From an uncultured Gemmatimonadota bacterium (lineage in GTDB: Bacteria; GCA-2686955), in NCBI GenBank assembly GCA_964490075.1, contig CAZBBK010000014.1, positions 62,001-98,142 of the forward strand: DNA of 36,142 nt, written 5' to 3'. Under the pieces are notes generated by a model, which was given only the letters and a program-made list of their open reading frames with translations, was not told the origin of the DNA and ran no database searches. Made by a program: the position numbers and the translations under genes. Below, piece by piece: positions 1 through 8,972 of the stretch. Numbering within the stretch: the first letter of the stretch is position 1; every line of letters starts with the position of its first letter.

Positions 1-725
1 GCCAGGGCTCCGTAGTCGAGCGAGCCCTCCAGGCCGTAGAGAAGGAGCATTCTGGAATCGTCGTACTGCGAAACGTAGCCCGAGGCGTGGAGGGAGCCGA
101 GCCCGCCGCCCTGGAGGCCGATCCGGGTCGCGGCGGCGAATGCGTCGCCGGAATCCGGAACCCGGATCTTGATGGTCGAGCCCGGATCGCCCGAGACCCC
201 CTTGCCGCCGAACAGATCGAGAGCGATCCGCCAGCGCCCGCGGGAGATCTCGGGCGGCGAATAGACCGCGCCGTACTCACCCCAGACCAGCGGCAGCAGA
301 AGAGTCTCGTACTCCAGATTCCAGACACCGCCGTAGCGGTGGTGATAAGGATCGGCACCGAAAGGAACCAACACCTTTCCGACCTTGAGCCGGTGCCCTT
401 CCAGGGGCACGATGCCGATCTCGTGGAACCAGCCGCCCAACACTTCGCCCATGAACGACAGCCGGCCGTCGGGGGAAGCCGCTCGCAGGAAGACGAATTG
501 GTGGTAGCTGGTCATTTCGAATGCGTCGCCGCGGCGCTCCAGGGCGAGGTCGAAGCGCCCCATCAGCCGCACCGCCGGCGCGACGCCGGCGGCCGGAGGT
601 GGCGCCTCCTCGTCGGTCAGGTCGTCGAAGGAGATCTCCTCTTCGACCGGCTCGGCCGGGGCGATCGTCCAGGCAGCGAGCATCAGGACGATTGCGGTGA
701 CTGTCCGCGGGGATCTGGACCACAT
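1..725 (-). CDS. Putative outer-membrane beta-barrel/porin, truncated by the window edge
   Basis: Not in the ORF track. Manual translation from ATG 725 (SD AAGGAGG upstream) stays open to the edge: MWSRSPRTVTAIVLMLAAWTIAPA-EPVEEEISFDDL...RLMGRFDLAL...LKVGKVLVPFG...YHHRYGG...LYGLEGSLDY. It has a signal peptide and alternating beta-strand patterns, including a porin-like G-K-x-x-VPFG. Confidence 0.75.
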   Translation of the reverse strand, partial: MWSRSPRTVTAIVLMLAAWTIAPAEPVEEEISFDDLTDEEAPPPAAGVAPAVRLMGRFDLALERRGDAFEMTSYHQFVFLRAASPDGRLSFMGEVLGGWFHEIGIVPLEGHRLKVGKVLVPFGADPYHHRYGGVWNLEYETLLLPLVWGEYGAVYSPPEISRGRWRIALDLFGGKGVSGDPGSTIKIRVPDSGDAFAAATRIGLQGGGLGSLHASGYVSQYDDSRMLLLYGLEGSLDYGAL

Positions 726-803
726 TGCCCCCTCCTTGCTCAGAGCTACTTCGCCAGGCGGTGACCGGGGCCGCCGACTCGGAGCGCGGCGGACCAGGTG
801 TTG

Positions 804-1979
804 CTACTGTTCGAAGCGCAGGTGGTAGACGTCGCCGGAAGTCGCATGAGCGATCTGCGCGTTGTCGAAGATCGCGAATCCGAAGTCGTAGTTGGCGTTC
901 GCGCCCCGATCCGACCACTGCACGTCATGATCCAGATCGCCGGTTTCGAAGGCCCGGGCGATCTCCACCGTCCAGCCGCCGCCATCGTGTACACCGTGAC
1001 CGACGAGATCGCCGCGGCTACCGGTGAAGGCGTCGATGGTGACGCTGGGGATGCGCTGGGGATCGTGCCGGGGGAAGTCCGCCGCGGCGAGCACCGTGCC
1101 GTCTTCGTCCACCAGCGATCCGTCGGCGTTCAGCGCGGTGATCATGCGGGCGGTTCCGGCATCGATCTCGGATTGCAGGATGTAGTGATACTCGGTGCGC
1201 CCGGGGATGTAGTAGAGGGGGATCTCCACATCTTGTGCGGTGATGGGATGTTGGACGGTCTGCACATTGTTGGAGTAGCCGCCCGCGGTCTTGGTGTCGC
1301 CGTGGCGGCCGGCGTTCTTCTCTTGCGAGGTATCGTCGGTGTATTGATCGTCGGCCTGGTTCATGGCGTTGGTGCGCACCAGCTTCCAGTGCCACATGTC
1401 GACCGCTTCACCCGGCGCGTTGGTGTACTTGAGGGCGGTTTTTCCGAAGGGATGGCCGCTGACGCCGGTGTGGCAGACGGTCATGCAGCCCTGGCTGGCG
1501 AAGTTGGGGACACTCTCGTCGATATTCCAGATGAAGCTGAGCTTGTCTTCGTAGTGCGCCGGCTCGATCAGTGTGCCATTGTCGATGGTGGGACGACCGG
1601 ACTCCTGGACCCAGAGGCTGTCGTCGGCGTCGAAGTACCAGCATTGTCGGTTGTCGCTCAGGGTGGGATCGTCCCACTGCGCCAGGATGTAGAGCTGGGT
1701 GTCGTCGTAGAGCGCGCGCACCGTCGCGCTGTAGCTGTCGCCGCCGTAGCCTTCGAACTCGCCGATGTCCCAGACCGAGGTCTCGATCTCGATCGGGGTC
1801 GCCGCGGCCCAGGCGGCATCGACCACGCCGTCGATCGTCGGCCCGGTCGTGACCTTGGCCGCGAGCAGCTCATCGGCGCTGGGGGCCGGAGGAGGAGGAT
1901 CGGTGGCGGTGTCGCGCTCGCAGCTGGTGAGCGCGAGACACAGGGTGATGGAGAGGGAGATCGGGAGCATGGCGTGCAT
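804..1979 (-). CDS. Ethylbenzene-dehydrogenase-related (EB_dh/DOMON-like) heme-binding lipoprotein
   Basis: Start moved to ATG 1979 (GAGGA upstream). Lipobox LALTSC; motifs PTIDG..W, VRALYDDTQLYILAQWDD, YEDKLSFIW, GCMTVCH, DMWHWK, WTVEIARAF, FAIFDNAQIAH. Confidence 0.8.
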   Translation of the reverse strand: MHAMLPISLSITLCLALTSCERDTATDPPPPAPSADELLAAKVTTGPTIDGVVDAAWAAATPIEIETSVWDIGEFEGYGGDSYSATVRALYDDTQLYILAQWDDPTLSDNRQCWYFDADDSLWVQESGRPTIDNGTLIEPAHYEDKLSFIWNIDESVPNFASQGCMTVCHTGVSGHPFGKTALKYTNAPGEAVDMWHWKLVRTNAMNQADDQYTDDTSQEKNAGRHGDTKTAGGYSNNVQTVQHPITAQDVEIPLYYIPGRTEYHYILQSEIDAGTARMITALNADGSLVDEDGTVLAAADFPRHDPQRIPSVTIDAFTGSRGDLVGHGVHDGGGWTVEIARAFETGDLDHDVQWSDRGANANYDFGFAIFDNAQIAHATSGDVYHLRFEQ

Positions 1980-2057
1980 GGTGCTTTCCTCAGGGTGTTG
2001 GTTTGGCGCGTGTGTAGAAGAGTCGCCACGACTCCTCGAGCGCGCCCGCTGTCCGAG

Positions 2058-2074
2058 TGCAACGCCCGTACCAA
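2058..2074 (-). promoter_or_regulatory. Sigma-54 (-24/-12) promoter
   Basis: Minus strand reads TTGGTACG-GGCG-TTGCA (GG-N10-GC; consensus TGGCACG-N4-TTGCA), about 80 bp upstream of ATG 1979 and next to a bEBP gene. Confidence 0.88.
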
Positions 2075-2153
2075 TCCGGGCGGAATCAAGCAACACCATG
2101 GTGCTGAGCGACATAGATCCGTCGACCCAGGCCGCCGGCTGCGCCGCGTCGAA

Positions 2154-2209
2154 CAGAATCTGGCGAATGGTCGCCAGAATCTGGCGTCAGTCGCGATCAG
2201 AATCTGGCG
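2154..2209. promoter_or_regulatory. Three CAGAATCTGGCG repeats, putative bEBP enhancer (UAS) sites
   Basis: Exact 12-mer at 2154-2165, 2175-2186 and 2198-2209. The middle copy extends to the dyad CGCCAG-AAT-CTGGCG (2172-2186). They lie 80-135 bp upstream of the sigma-54 site. Confidence 0.7.
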
Positions 2210-3647
2210 CCGGGTCGTCCTTGGAAGAGGTCGCTTCGGTGTCGAAGAGCTTCTTGCGGACCGTGGTCGGCGAGAGTTCGAGAACGCGCGCCGCGCGGCT
2301 CACGTTGCCGTCCAGGAGCTCGACGGCGCGCCGCACGTAGTCGCGCTCAACGTCTCTCCAGGGGCGAAGGTCGGCGGCTGATTCGGGGAGAAAGGTCGAT
2401 TCGCCCGGAGCCGCCCGGTCGCGACCGGGGGCGGCCTGGACCGCGGGCGCGGCGGGCGAAGCGGGAAGCTCGACTTCCAACAAGGTCTCGCCGCGACAGA
2501 AGGTCACCGCGCGGGTGAGCACGTTCTCCAGCTCCCGCACGTTCCCGGGCCAAGGGTAGGAGCGCAGCCGCTCCAGCACCGCGCGGTGGACCCAGCGAAT
2601 GCTGGCACCGGTCTCGCGGTTGATCTGGGCCAGGAGATGCGCCGTGAGCAGACCGATGTCGTTCGGCCGCTCCCGCAAGGGCGGCACATCGAGAGTCGCC
2701 ACCGAGATCCGGTAGTAGAGATCGCGGCGGAACTCCTTGGCCGCCACCATCGAGAGAAGATCGCGACTGGTGGCGGCCAGCACCCGGGCCCGCAGGGGAA
2801 GGGTCTGATTGCCGCCGACTCGCTCGAATACCCGCTCCTGCAAGACCCGCAGCAGCTTGGCCTGCAGATCGAGGGAGATGTCGCCGACTTCGTCGAGCAG
2901 CAGCGTGCCGTCCGCCGCCAGCTCGAGCTTGCCGGGCCGCGCCTCGGTGGCTCCGGTGAAGGCCCCTTTCTGGTGCCCGAAGAGCTCCGACTCCAGCAGC
3001 GTCGGCACCACCGCGGCGGCGTTGATGGCGACGAAGGGCTTGCCCGGCGTGGTCGCTTCGTGGATCGCGCGCGCGACCAGCTCCTTGCCGGTTCCGCTCT
3101 CCCCCTGGATCAACACCGTGGCTCGGCCCCTCGAGAGCAGTGCGATCGACTTCAAGAGGGCGACGATTCTGCGGTCCCGGCCCACGATCTCGTGCGGTCG
3201 AATTGCGACCCGCGGCAGGGCCAGAGTGCCCGGCGGCGCCTCGCGCGACTCGTCCCCCGACCCGGCGGCGGCCACGGGATCCGGCCGCGCTTCGCGCTTG
3301 CCCTTCTCGACCGCCAGCAGCACGTCGTCCAGGTCCAAAGGCTTGCGGATCGCGTCGAAGGCCCCCAGGCGGATCGCCTCGATGGTGGCCTCCATGTCTT
3401 GGCGGCCGGTGATCATCGCGACGGCGCAGGCCGAGCCGCGCGACCGAATCCGCTTCAGTACAGTCAGTCCCGATATGTCCGGCAGTCCCTGATCGAGAAA
3501 CACCACCTGCGGCTGGAACTCCTCTTCGAGCGCCAGCCCTTCCCGACCGGTGGCGGCGCAGCGCACCTCGTGCCCGCGCAGCTCCAGCGCCAGCTCCAAC
3601 GAGCGCAGGATCGAGCGGTCGTCGTCGATCACCAGGATTCGGCTCAC
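2187..3647 (-). CDS. NtrC/ZraR-family sigma-54-dependent response regulator (REC-AAA+-HTH)
   Basis: ILVIDDD and FLDQGLPD receiver; GESGTGKE; LLESELFGHQKGAFTGA; LLLDEVGD; WPGNVRELEN; Fis-type HTH NVSRAARVLELSPTTV. GTG start overlaps the kinase stop (GTGA). Confidence 0.96.
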   Translation of the reverse strand: MSRILVIDDDRSILRSLELALELRGHEVRCAATGREGLALEEEFQPQVVFLDQGLPDISGLTVLKRIRSRGSACAVAMITGRQDMEATIEAIRLGAFDAIRKPLDLDDVLLAVEKGKREARPDPVAAAGSGDESREAPPGTLALPRVAIRPHEIVGRDRRIVALLKSIALLSRGRATVLIQGESGTGKELVARAIHEATTPGKPFVAINAAAVVPTLLESELFGHQKGAFTGATEARPGKLELAADGTLLLDEVGDISLDLQAKLLRVLQERVFERVGGNQTLPLRARVLAATSRDLLSMVAAKEFRRDLYYRISVATLDVPPLRERPNDIGLLTAHLLAQINRETGASIRWVHRAVLERLRSYPWPGNVRELENVLTRAVTFCRGETLLEVELPASPAAPAVQAAPGRDRAAPGESTFLPESAADLRPWRDVERDYVRRAVELLDGNVSRAARVLELSPTTVRKKLFDTEATSSKDDPAPDSDRD

Positions 3648-5464
3648 GGGGTACCCGCTTCTTGCCTGGGGATCACCATCCAGAAGAAGGCTCCGCCCCC
3701 TTCTCGATTCGAGGCGCCGACGCTGCCGCCGTGCAGCTCCACGATCTTGCGCACGTTCGCCAGGCCGAGTCCCGTTCCCTGGGCGCGGGTGGTGAAGAAG
3801 GGCTGGAAGAGCTGATCGCGAGCCGCCGCCGGCAGCCCCGGCCCACGGTCGGCCACCACCAGTCGCAGCCCGCCAGTGCCGGCCCGCGATGCGGTGATCC
3901 GGATCCGATCGGCGCCCGCCTCTCCTTCGTCCTCAGACTCGCACGCCTCGATCGCGTTCTGAACCAGATTGGACAGGGCCTGCACCAGTCGTTCCCGATC
4001 GGCGCTCACCCGCTCGCCCCCGGTGTTGTCGCGGAAGCTGATCGCGGCGTCGGGACGGGCCATCCGCGCGGCGAGCGCCGCCTCGACTTCCTGAACCACG
4101 TCGCGGGCGCTGACCGGCGCCGCCTCCAGCTCGATCGGCTTGCCGTAGCTCAAGAGCCCCTCGAGCATCAGCTCCAGGCGCCGAACCTGAGTCGCCGCGA
4201 TCTCGGCCATGGCGCGGTAGGTCGGGTCGTCTCGCGCCAGCGGCTCGAGTGCCTGCAGGTTCAGCCGGATCGACGAGAGGGGATTGCGCATCTCGTGGAC
4301 GATCGAGGTGATCATCTCGCCCATCGCCGCCAGAGAGGCGGTCCGCACCAGCCTCGCCTCCGCCGCCTGCAGGTCGTCCATCATCTGGTTGAAGGCGCGC
4401 CCGACTTCGCGCGCCTCGGGCGTATCGCCGTCCCGCATCCGCGTTCCGCGCCGACCCTCGCTGACCTGCCGGGCCGAGCGCGCCAACTCGGCCAGCGGTT
4501 CAGCGAGCTGGCCCGCGATGTGCGCGGCCAACCAGAGCACCACGATCGCGGTCCCGAGCGCGGTCGCCAGGGCGCGCGTTCGCAGCACACCGAGCCAGCC
4601 GAGCGCCTCCGTCCGATCCACCTCCACGATCACGCTCCACTCGCTCCCCTCGACCGGCGCGACCGCGGCCAGCACGGCGCTCCCCTCGCAGCTCCGGTAG
4701 GGCTCCTCGAGCAGCGTCGCCGGCGCACCGCGATTCCGCGCCTCGGAGGCCCCGGGCCGCAAGGGCGCGACCCAACGGCCGATCCGCTCCGCCGGCACCG
4801 TGCCGGGCGTGGCGGCCACCAGAATCGCGTCTCTGGAGAGCAGCAGCACCCGCTCGGAGCGCCCCAGTCCGCCGGGGGACCGCAGGATCGGATCCAGGGC
4901 CGGCGAGAGGATCAGGGCCAGGGTCAGATAGCGCGGCGGCCGGCCGGGCGACCCGATCCGCTGCACGAAATGCAGCCCCACCGATCGATCTTGGTGGAGG
5001 TGGAAGGCGCCGACCGCCCGCTCCTCGTCCTCCTCCAGCAGGGCGCGCGCCTCCTCGAACTCCTCTTCCTCGTCGCGATCCGGCGCTACGCTGCTGGCGG
5101 CGAGGCGGCGCCCCTCCCGGTCCAGCAGGACGACCGCCTCGAAGGCCGGGATGCGGCGCTGGAAACGGTCGAGCGTCGCCTGGAGCTCGGGATCGCCGCC
5201 GGGATCAGGGGTCATCAGACGCGGGTCGGCCGCCAGCATCGAGATATCCGAGCGGCGCTCCGCCACCCAGTCGGCGAGATGACTCGCGCGCCCCGCGGCG
5301 ATGGTCAAGAGATGGTTGGTCGCCGAGTCGAGCACCGCCTGCCGGGCGCAGTGGTAACCCTGCCCCGCCATGATGGCGAGCGGCAGCAGCGAGATCAGCC
5401 CCATCCAGGCCAGGATGCGCACCGAGAAGGTGGTCGGACGGAGTCGAAGCAAGTTTGTCTTCAT
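3644..5464 (-). CDS. Sensor histidine kinase (TM-Cache-like-TM-HAMP-HisKA-HATPase)
   Basis: H-box IVHEMRNPL, N-box NLVQNA, DRGPG, FQPFFTT, GTGLGL, HAMP (EVGRAFNQM) and two TM helices. Start probably ATG 5464 or GTG 5467 rather than 5533. Confidence 0.93.
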   Translation of the reverse strand: MKTNLLRLRPTTFSVRILAWMGLISLLPLAIMAGQGYHCARQAVLDSATNHLLTIAAGRASHLADWVAERRSDISMLAADPRLMTPDPGGDPELQATLDRFQRRIPAFEAVVLLDREGRRLAASSVAPDRDEEEEFEEARALLEEDEERAVGAFHLHQDRSVGLHFVQRIGSPGRPPRYLTLALILSPALDPILRSPGGLGRSERVLLLSRDAILVAATPGTVPAERIGRWVAPLRPGASEARNRGAPATLLEEPYRSCEGSAVLAAVAPVEGSEWSVIVEVDRTEALGWLGVLRTRALATALGTAIVVLWLAAHIAGQLAEPLAELARSARQVSEGRRGTRMRDGDTPEAREVGRAFNQMMDDLQAAEARLVRTASLAAMGEMITSIVHEMRNPLSSIRLNLQALEPLARDDPTYRAMAEIAATQVRRLELMLEGLLSYGKPIELEAAPVSARDVVQEVEAALAARMARPDAAISFRDNTGGERVSADRERLVQALSNLVQNAIEACESEDEGEAGADRIRITASRAGTGGLRLVVADRGPGLPAAARDQLFQPFFTTRAQGTGLGLANVRKIVELHGGSVGASNREGGGAFFWMVIPRQEAGTP

Positions 5465-5684
5465 CACGCACGCAAGTGTAGCGGTGGCGTCGCCGTGGTA
5501 CGAGGCGCAGCGGTCCTGGAAGTAGCCGGGCATGGCGAATGCCGGCGCAGCCGTCAGCGCCGGGGCCGCCGCGCTTCGGCTGGCGCCATGATACTCGCAG
5601 GAAGGAGAGGGGAAGGGGGTCGGGAAAGGGAGCCGCAGCGATGCCCCAAGGTCATGGCGCAGCGGTTCGCGGGCGGCCGCGCGA

Positions 5685-5714
5685 TTGACCGGAAGGGGCC
5701 GGAAATGGTAGCCT
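5685..5714 (+). promoter_or_regulatory. Sigma-70-type promoter for the plus-strand operon
   Basis: TTGACC-N18-TAGCCT with an extended -10 TGn, about 100 bp before the first gene. Confidence 0.55.
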
Positions 5715-5816
5715 CACGCGCTTTCGACGGCGCGTGAGACGCCATCCGAAGCGCCTCTTTCGAGCCGAGAGCGCGCATTCCGACCACCGGATCCGGTCCC
5801 GAATCAGGAACCCAGA

Positions 5817-6314
5817 TTGCCAGAGAGCGGCTTCCAGATTCTCTTCGTGTGCACCGGCAACACCTGCCGGAGCCCGATGGCCGAAGCGCTGTTCCGGACG
5901 CGTTTGCCCGAGGATCTGCGAGGGCGGACGGCCGCGGCGTCGGCCGGCAGCGCGGCGGTCGAGGGAGCGCCGGCGGCGCCCCACGCGCTGGAGGTGGCGG
6001 CGGCGGCCGGGATCGACCTGAGTCCCCATCGGGCGCGCCGCTACAGCCCCGAGATGGCCGCGCAGGCCGACCTGGTGCTGGCGCTCGACGCCGGCAATCG
6101 GGCCTGGGTGCTGGCGCAGAGCCCCCAGCATTCGGCCCGAATCTTCTGCCTGCGCGAGGCGGCCTCGAGCGGAGCGGGCGAGAACATCTCGATTCGTGAC
6201 CCCTTCGGCGGCGACCTGGAGGGCTACCGCACCTGCTTCGCCGAGATCGAGCAAGAGATCGAACGACTGATGACCCGGCTGCGGTGCTGGCTCGAGGGCG
6301 ACCCTCTGCCCTGA
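5817..6314 (+). CDS. Low-molecular-weight protein phosphatase, YwlE-like (probable arginine phosphatase)
   Basis: P-loop [18 protein letters not shown] and IRDPFGG. TTG start with AGGA upstream. Confidence 0.9.
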   Translation: MPESGFQILFVCTGNTCRSPMAEALFRTRLPEDLRGRTAAASAGSAAVEGAPAAPHALEVAAAAGIDLSPHRARRYSPEMAAQADLVLALDAGNRAWVLAQSPQHSARIFCLREAASSGAGENISIRDPFGGDLEGYRTCFAEIEQEIERLMTRLRCWLEGDPLP

Positions 6315-6356
6315 GCCACGCGACGGCCCGGTCCCCGAAACCGACCCCACGACATT

Positions 6357-6381
6357 CCGAACCAAACCAAACCAAACCGAA
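6357..6381 (+). repeat. Pentamer tandem repeat (CCRAA)x5
   Basis: CCGAA-CCAAA-CCAAA-CCAAA-CCGAA in the intergenic region before hbd. Confidence 0.8.
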
Positions 6382-6421
6382 GCGAGCCCGCGGCGGGCTC
6401 CCCACTTCTGCGGAGGACGAA

Positions 6422-7276
<855 letters not shown>

Positions 7277-7361
7277 TCCGGGCCGCCGGGCGGCGTCCGG
7301 CGCACCCGGCCCACGAACACTCGGCGAACGATCCACAACCCCAAAAGAAACGGAACCGACC

Positions 7362-8429
7362 ATGAGCATCTTCGAGAAGATGGCCGCCCACGATCACGAA
7401 GAGATCGTGTTCTGCCACGACGAGCCTTCGGGGCTCAACGCGATCATCGCGATCCATAACACCACGCTGGGACCGGCCCTGGGCGGCTGCCGCATGTGGC
7501 CCTATGAGACCGACGAAGAGGCTCTCGAAGACGTGCTCCGCCTTTCCCGTGGGATGACCTACAAGGCCGCGGTGGCCGGGCTCGACCTGGGCGGCGGCAA
7601 GACGGTGATCATCGGCGACCAGAAGAAGCACAAGTCGGAGGCTCTGTTCCGGGCCCTGGGTCGCTTCATCGAAGGACTGAACGGGCGCTACATCACCGCC
7701 GAGGATGTCGGCACCAACACCGCCGACATGGCCAACATCGCCCGTGAGACCGCTCACGTGCGGGGCTGCTCGCAGGGCGCCGGCGGCAGCGGCGATCCCT
7801 CGCCGGTGACCGCCTTCGGCGCCATGCGCGGTCTGCAGGCGGCGGTGAAGAAGGGGCTGGGAAGGGACGAGCTGGAGGGGCTGCGGATCTCTATCCAGGG
7901 CGCCGGGCACGTCGGCTACTACCTGGCCAAGAGACTGGCCGCGGCCGGCTGCGCGCTGGTGGTCGCCGACATCGACCCCCGACGCACCGCGCGTCTGGAG
8001 GAGGAGTGCGGCGCCAAGGTGGTGGGGACGGACGAGATCTACGACGAGCCCTGCGACGTCTTCTCGCCCTGCGCGCTGGGCGCGATCCTCAACTCCGACA
8101 CGATCCCGCGGCTCCGGTGCAAGGTGGTGGCCGGTGCCGCCAACAACCAGATCGCCCGCGAGGAGGACGGCGCGGCGATGGTCGAGCGCGGCATCCTCTA
8201 CGCGCCCGACTACATCGTCAACGCCGGCGGCCTGATCAACGTTTACCACGAGGGACCGAACTACAACCGCGACGTGGTGATGGACCTGGTCGACAAGCTC
8301 TACGACACGACGCTGCAGGTGCTGGAGCTGGCCGAAGAGCACAGCCTCACGCCCGAGGATGCCGCCACCCGGCTGGCCGAGCAGCGCGTCGAGCAGGTCG
8401 GCAAGCTGCGTAGGATTCATCGCTCCTGA
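7362..8429 (+). CDS. ldh: Leucine dehydrogenase (Glu/Leu/Phe/Val dehydrogenase family)
   Basis: IAIHNTTLGPALGGCRM, LRLSRGMTYKAA, LGGGKTVI, YITAEDVGT, SGDPSPVTAFG, AGAANNQ, YAPDYIVNAGG. Confidence 0.93.
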   Translation: MSIFEKMAAHDHEEIVFCHDEPSGLNAIIAIHNTTLGPALGGCRMWPYETDEEALEDVLRLSRGMTYKAAVAGLDLGGGKTVIIGDQKKHKSEALFRALGRFIEGLNGRYITAEDVGTNTADMANIARETAHVRGCSQGAGGSGDPSPVTAFGAMRGLQAAVKKGLGRDELEGLRISIQGAGHVGYYLAKRLAAAGCALVVADIDPRRTARLEEECGAKVVGTDEIYDEPCDVFSPCALGAILNSDTIPRLRCKVVAGAANNQIAREEDGAAMVERGILYAPDYIVNAGGLINVYHEGPNYNRDVVMDLVDKLYDTTLQVLELAEEHSLTPEDAATRLAEQRVEQVGKLRRIHRS

Positions 8430-8498
8430 GCTTCGAGGGTCCGGGTGTGCGCGTGTGCTCGGACCCCCGTCCGGCACGCGGAGCGCGGAGGTGAGCTG

Positions 8499-8939
8499 AT
8501 GCGAATCGCGCTGGCCAGCGACCACACGGCGATCGAGCTGCGCAAGGAGCTCGGCGCCTGGGTGCGCGCCCAGGGCCACGAGGTGGTCGATCTCGGCACC
8601 CATTCGAGCGCCTCCTGCGACTACCCGGACCTGGCGCGGGCGGGGGCAGAGCTCCTGGGGCGTGGCGAGGTGGAGCGCGCGATTCTGTTCTGCGGCACCG
8701 GCCAGGGGATGGCGATGACCGCCAACCGGGTCGCCGGGGTGCGTTGCTGCGTCTGCAGCGAGAGCTACAGCGCGCGGATGTCCCGCGCCCACAACGATGC
8801 CAACGCCCTGGCCCTGGGCGCGCGCGTGATTGCCTTCGGGCTGGCCCGGGAGATCACCCAGGCGTGGCTCGAGACCCCCTTCGACGGCGATCGCCACGTC
8901 GGCCGCGTGGCCAAGATCGAGCCCGCCGCCGCAGACTGA
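8499..8939 (+). CDS. rpiB: Ribose-5-phosphate isomerase B
   Basis: ATG 8499 with GGAGGTG. MRIALASDH, DYPD, FCGTGQG, RAHNDANALALGAR, FDGDRH..RV.KI. Confidence 0.95.
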   Translation: MRIALASDHTAIELRKELGAWVRAQGHEVVDLGTHSSASCDYPDLARAGAELLGRGEVERAILFCGTGQGMAMTANRVAGVRCCVCSESYSARMSRAHNDANALALGARVIAFGLAREITQAWLETPFDGDRHVGRVAKIEPAAAD

Positions 8940-8972
8940 TCCGGCGCCCGCGCCGGCGGAAAGGAGCCAGTA

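Noticed and set aside
2084-2096. IHF site between the enhancer and the sigma-54 promoter
   Set aside because: AATCAA is present but the TTR part of WATCAANNNNTTR is missing, so it is too weak to call.
2154-2209. Direct repeats as a mini-CRISPR array
   Set aside because: The 12-bp repeats with 9-11-bp spacers are far too short, there are no cas genes, and the position fits enhancer sites.
5655-5671. Sigma-54-like TGGCGCAGCGGTTCGC
   Set aside because: The GG-to-GC spacing is 11, not the required 10.
5715-5776. Hairpins in the operon leader as a riboswitch or ncRNA
   Set aside because: Short GC stems are expected at this GC content, and no known aptamer motif was recognised.
5817-6314. LMW phosphatase as the Wzb partner of the EPS locus
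   Set aside because: It is 11 kb away in an rpiB-glyA context, has a Thr-type P-loop, and the EPS kinase has no Tyr cluster.
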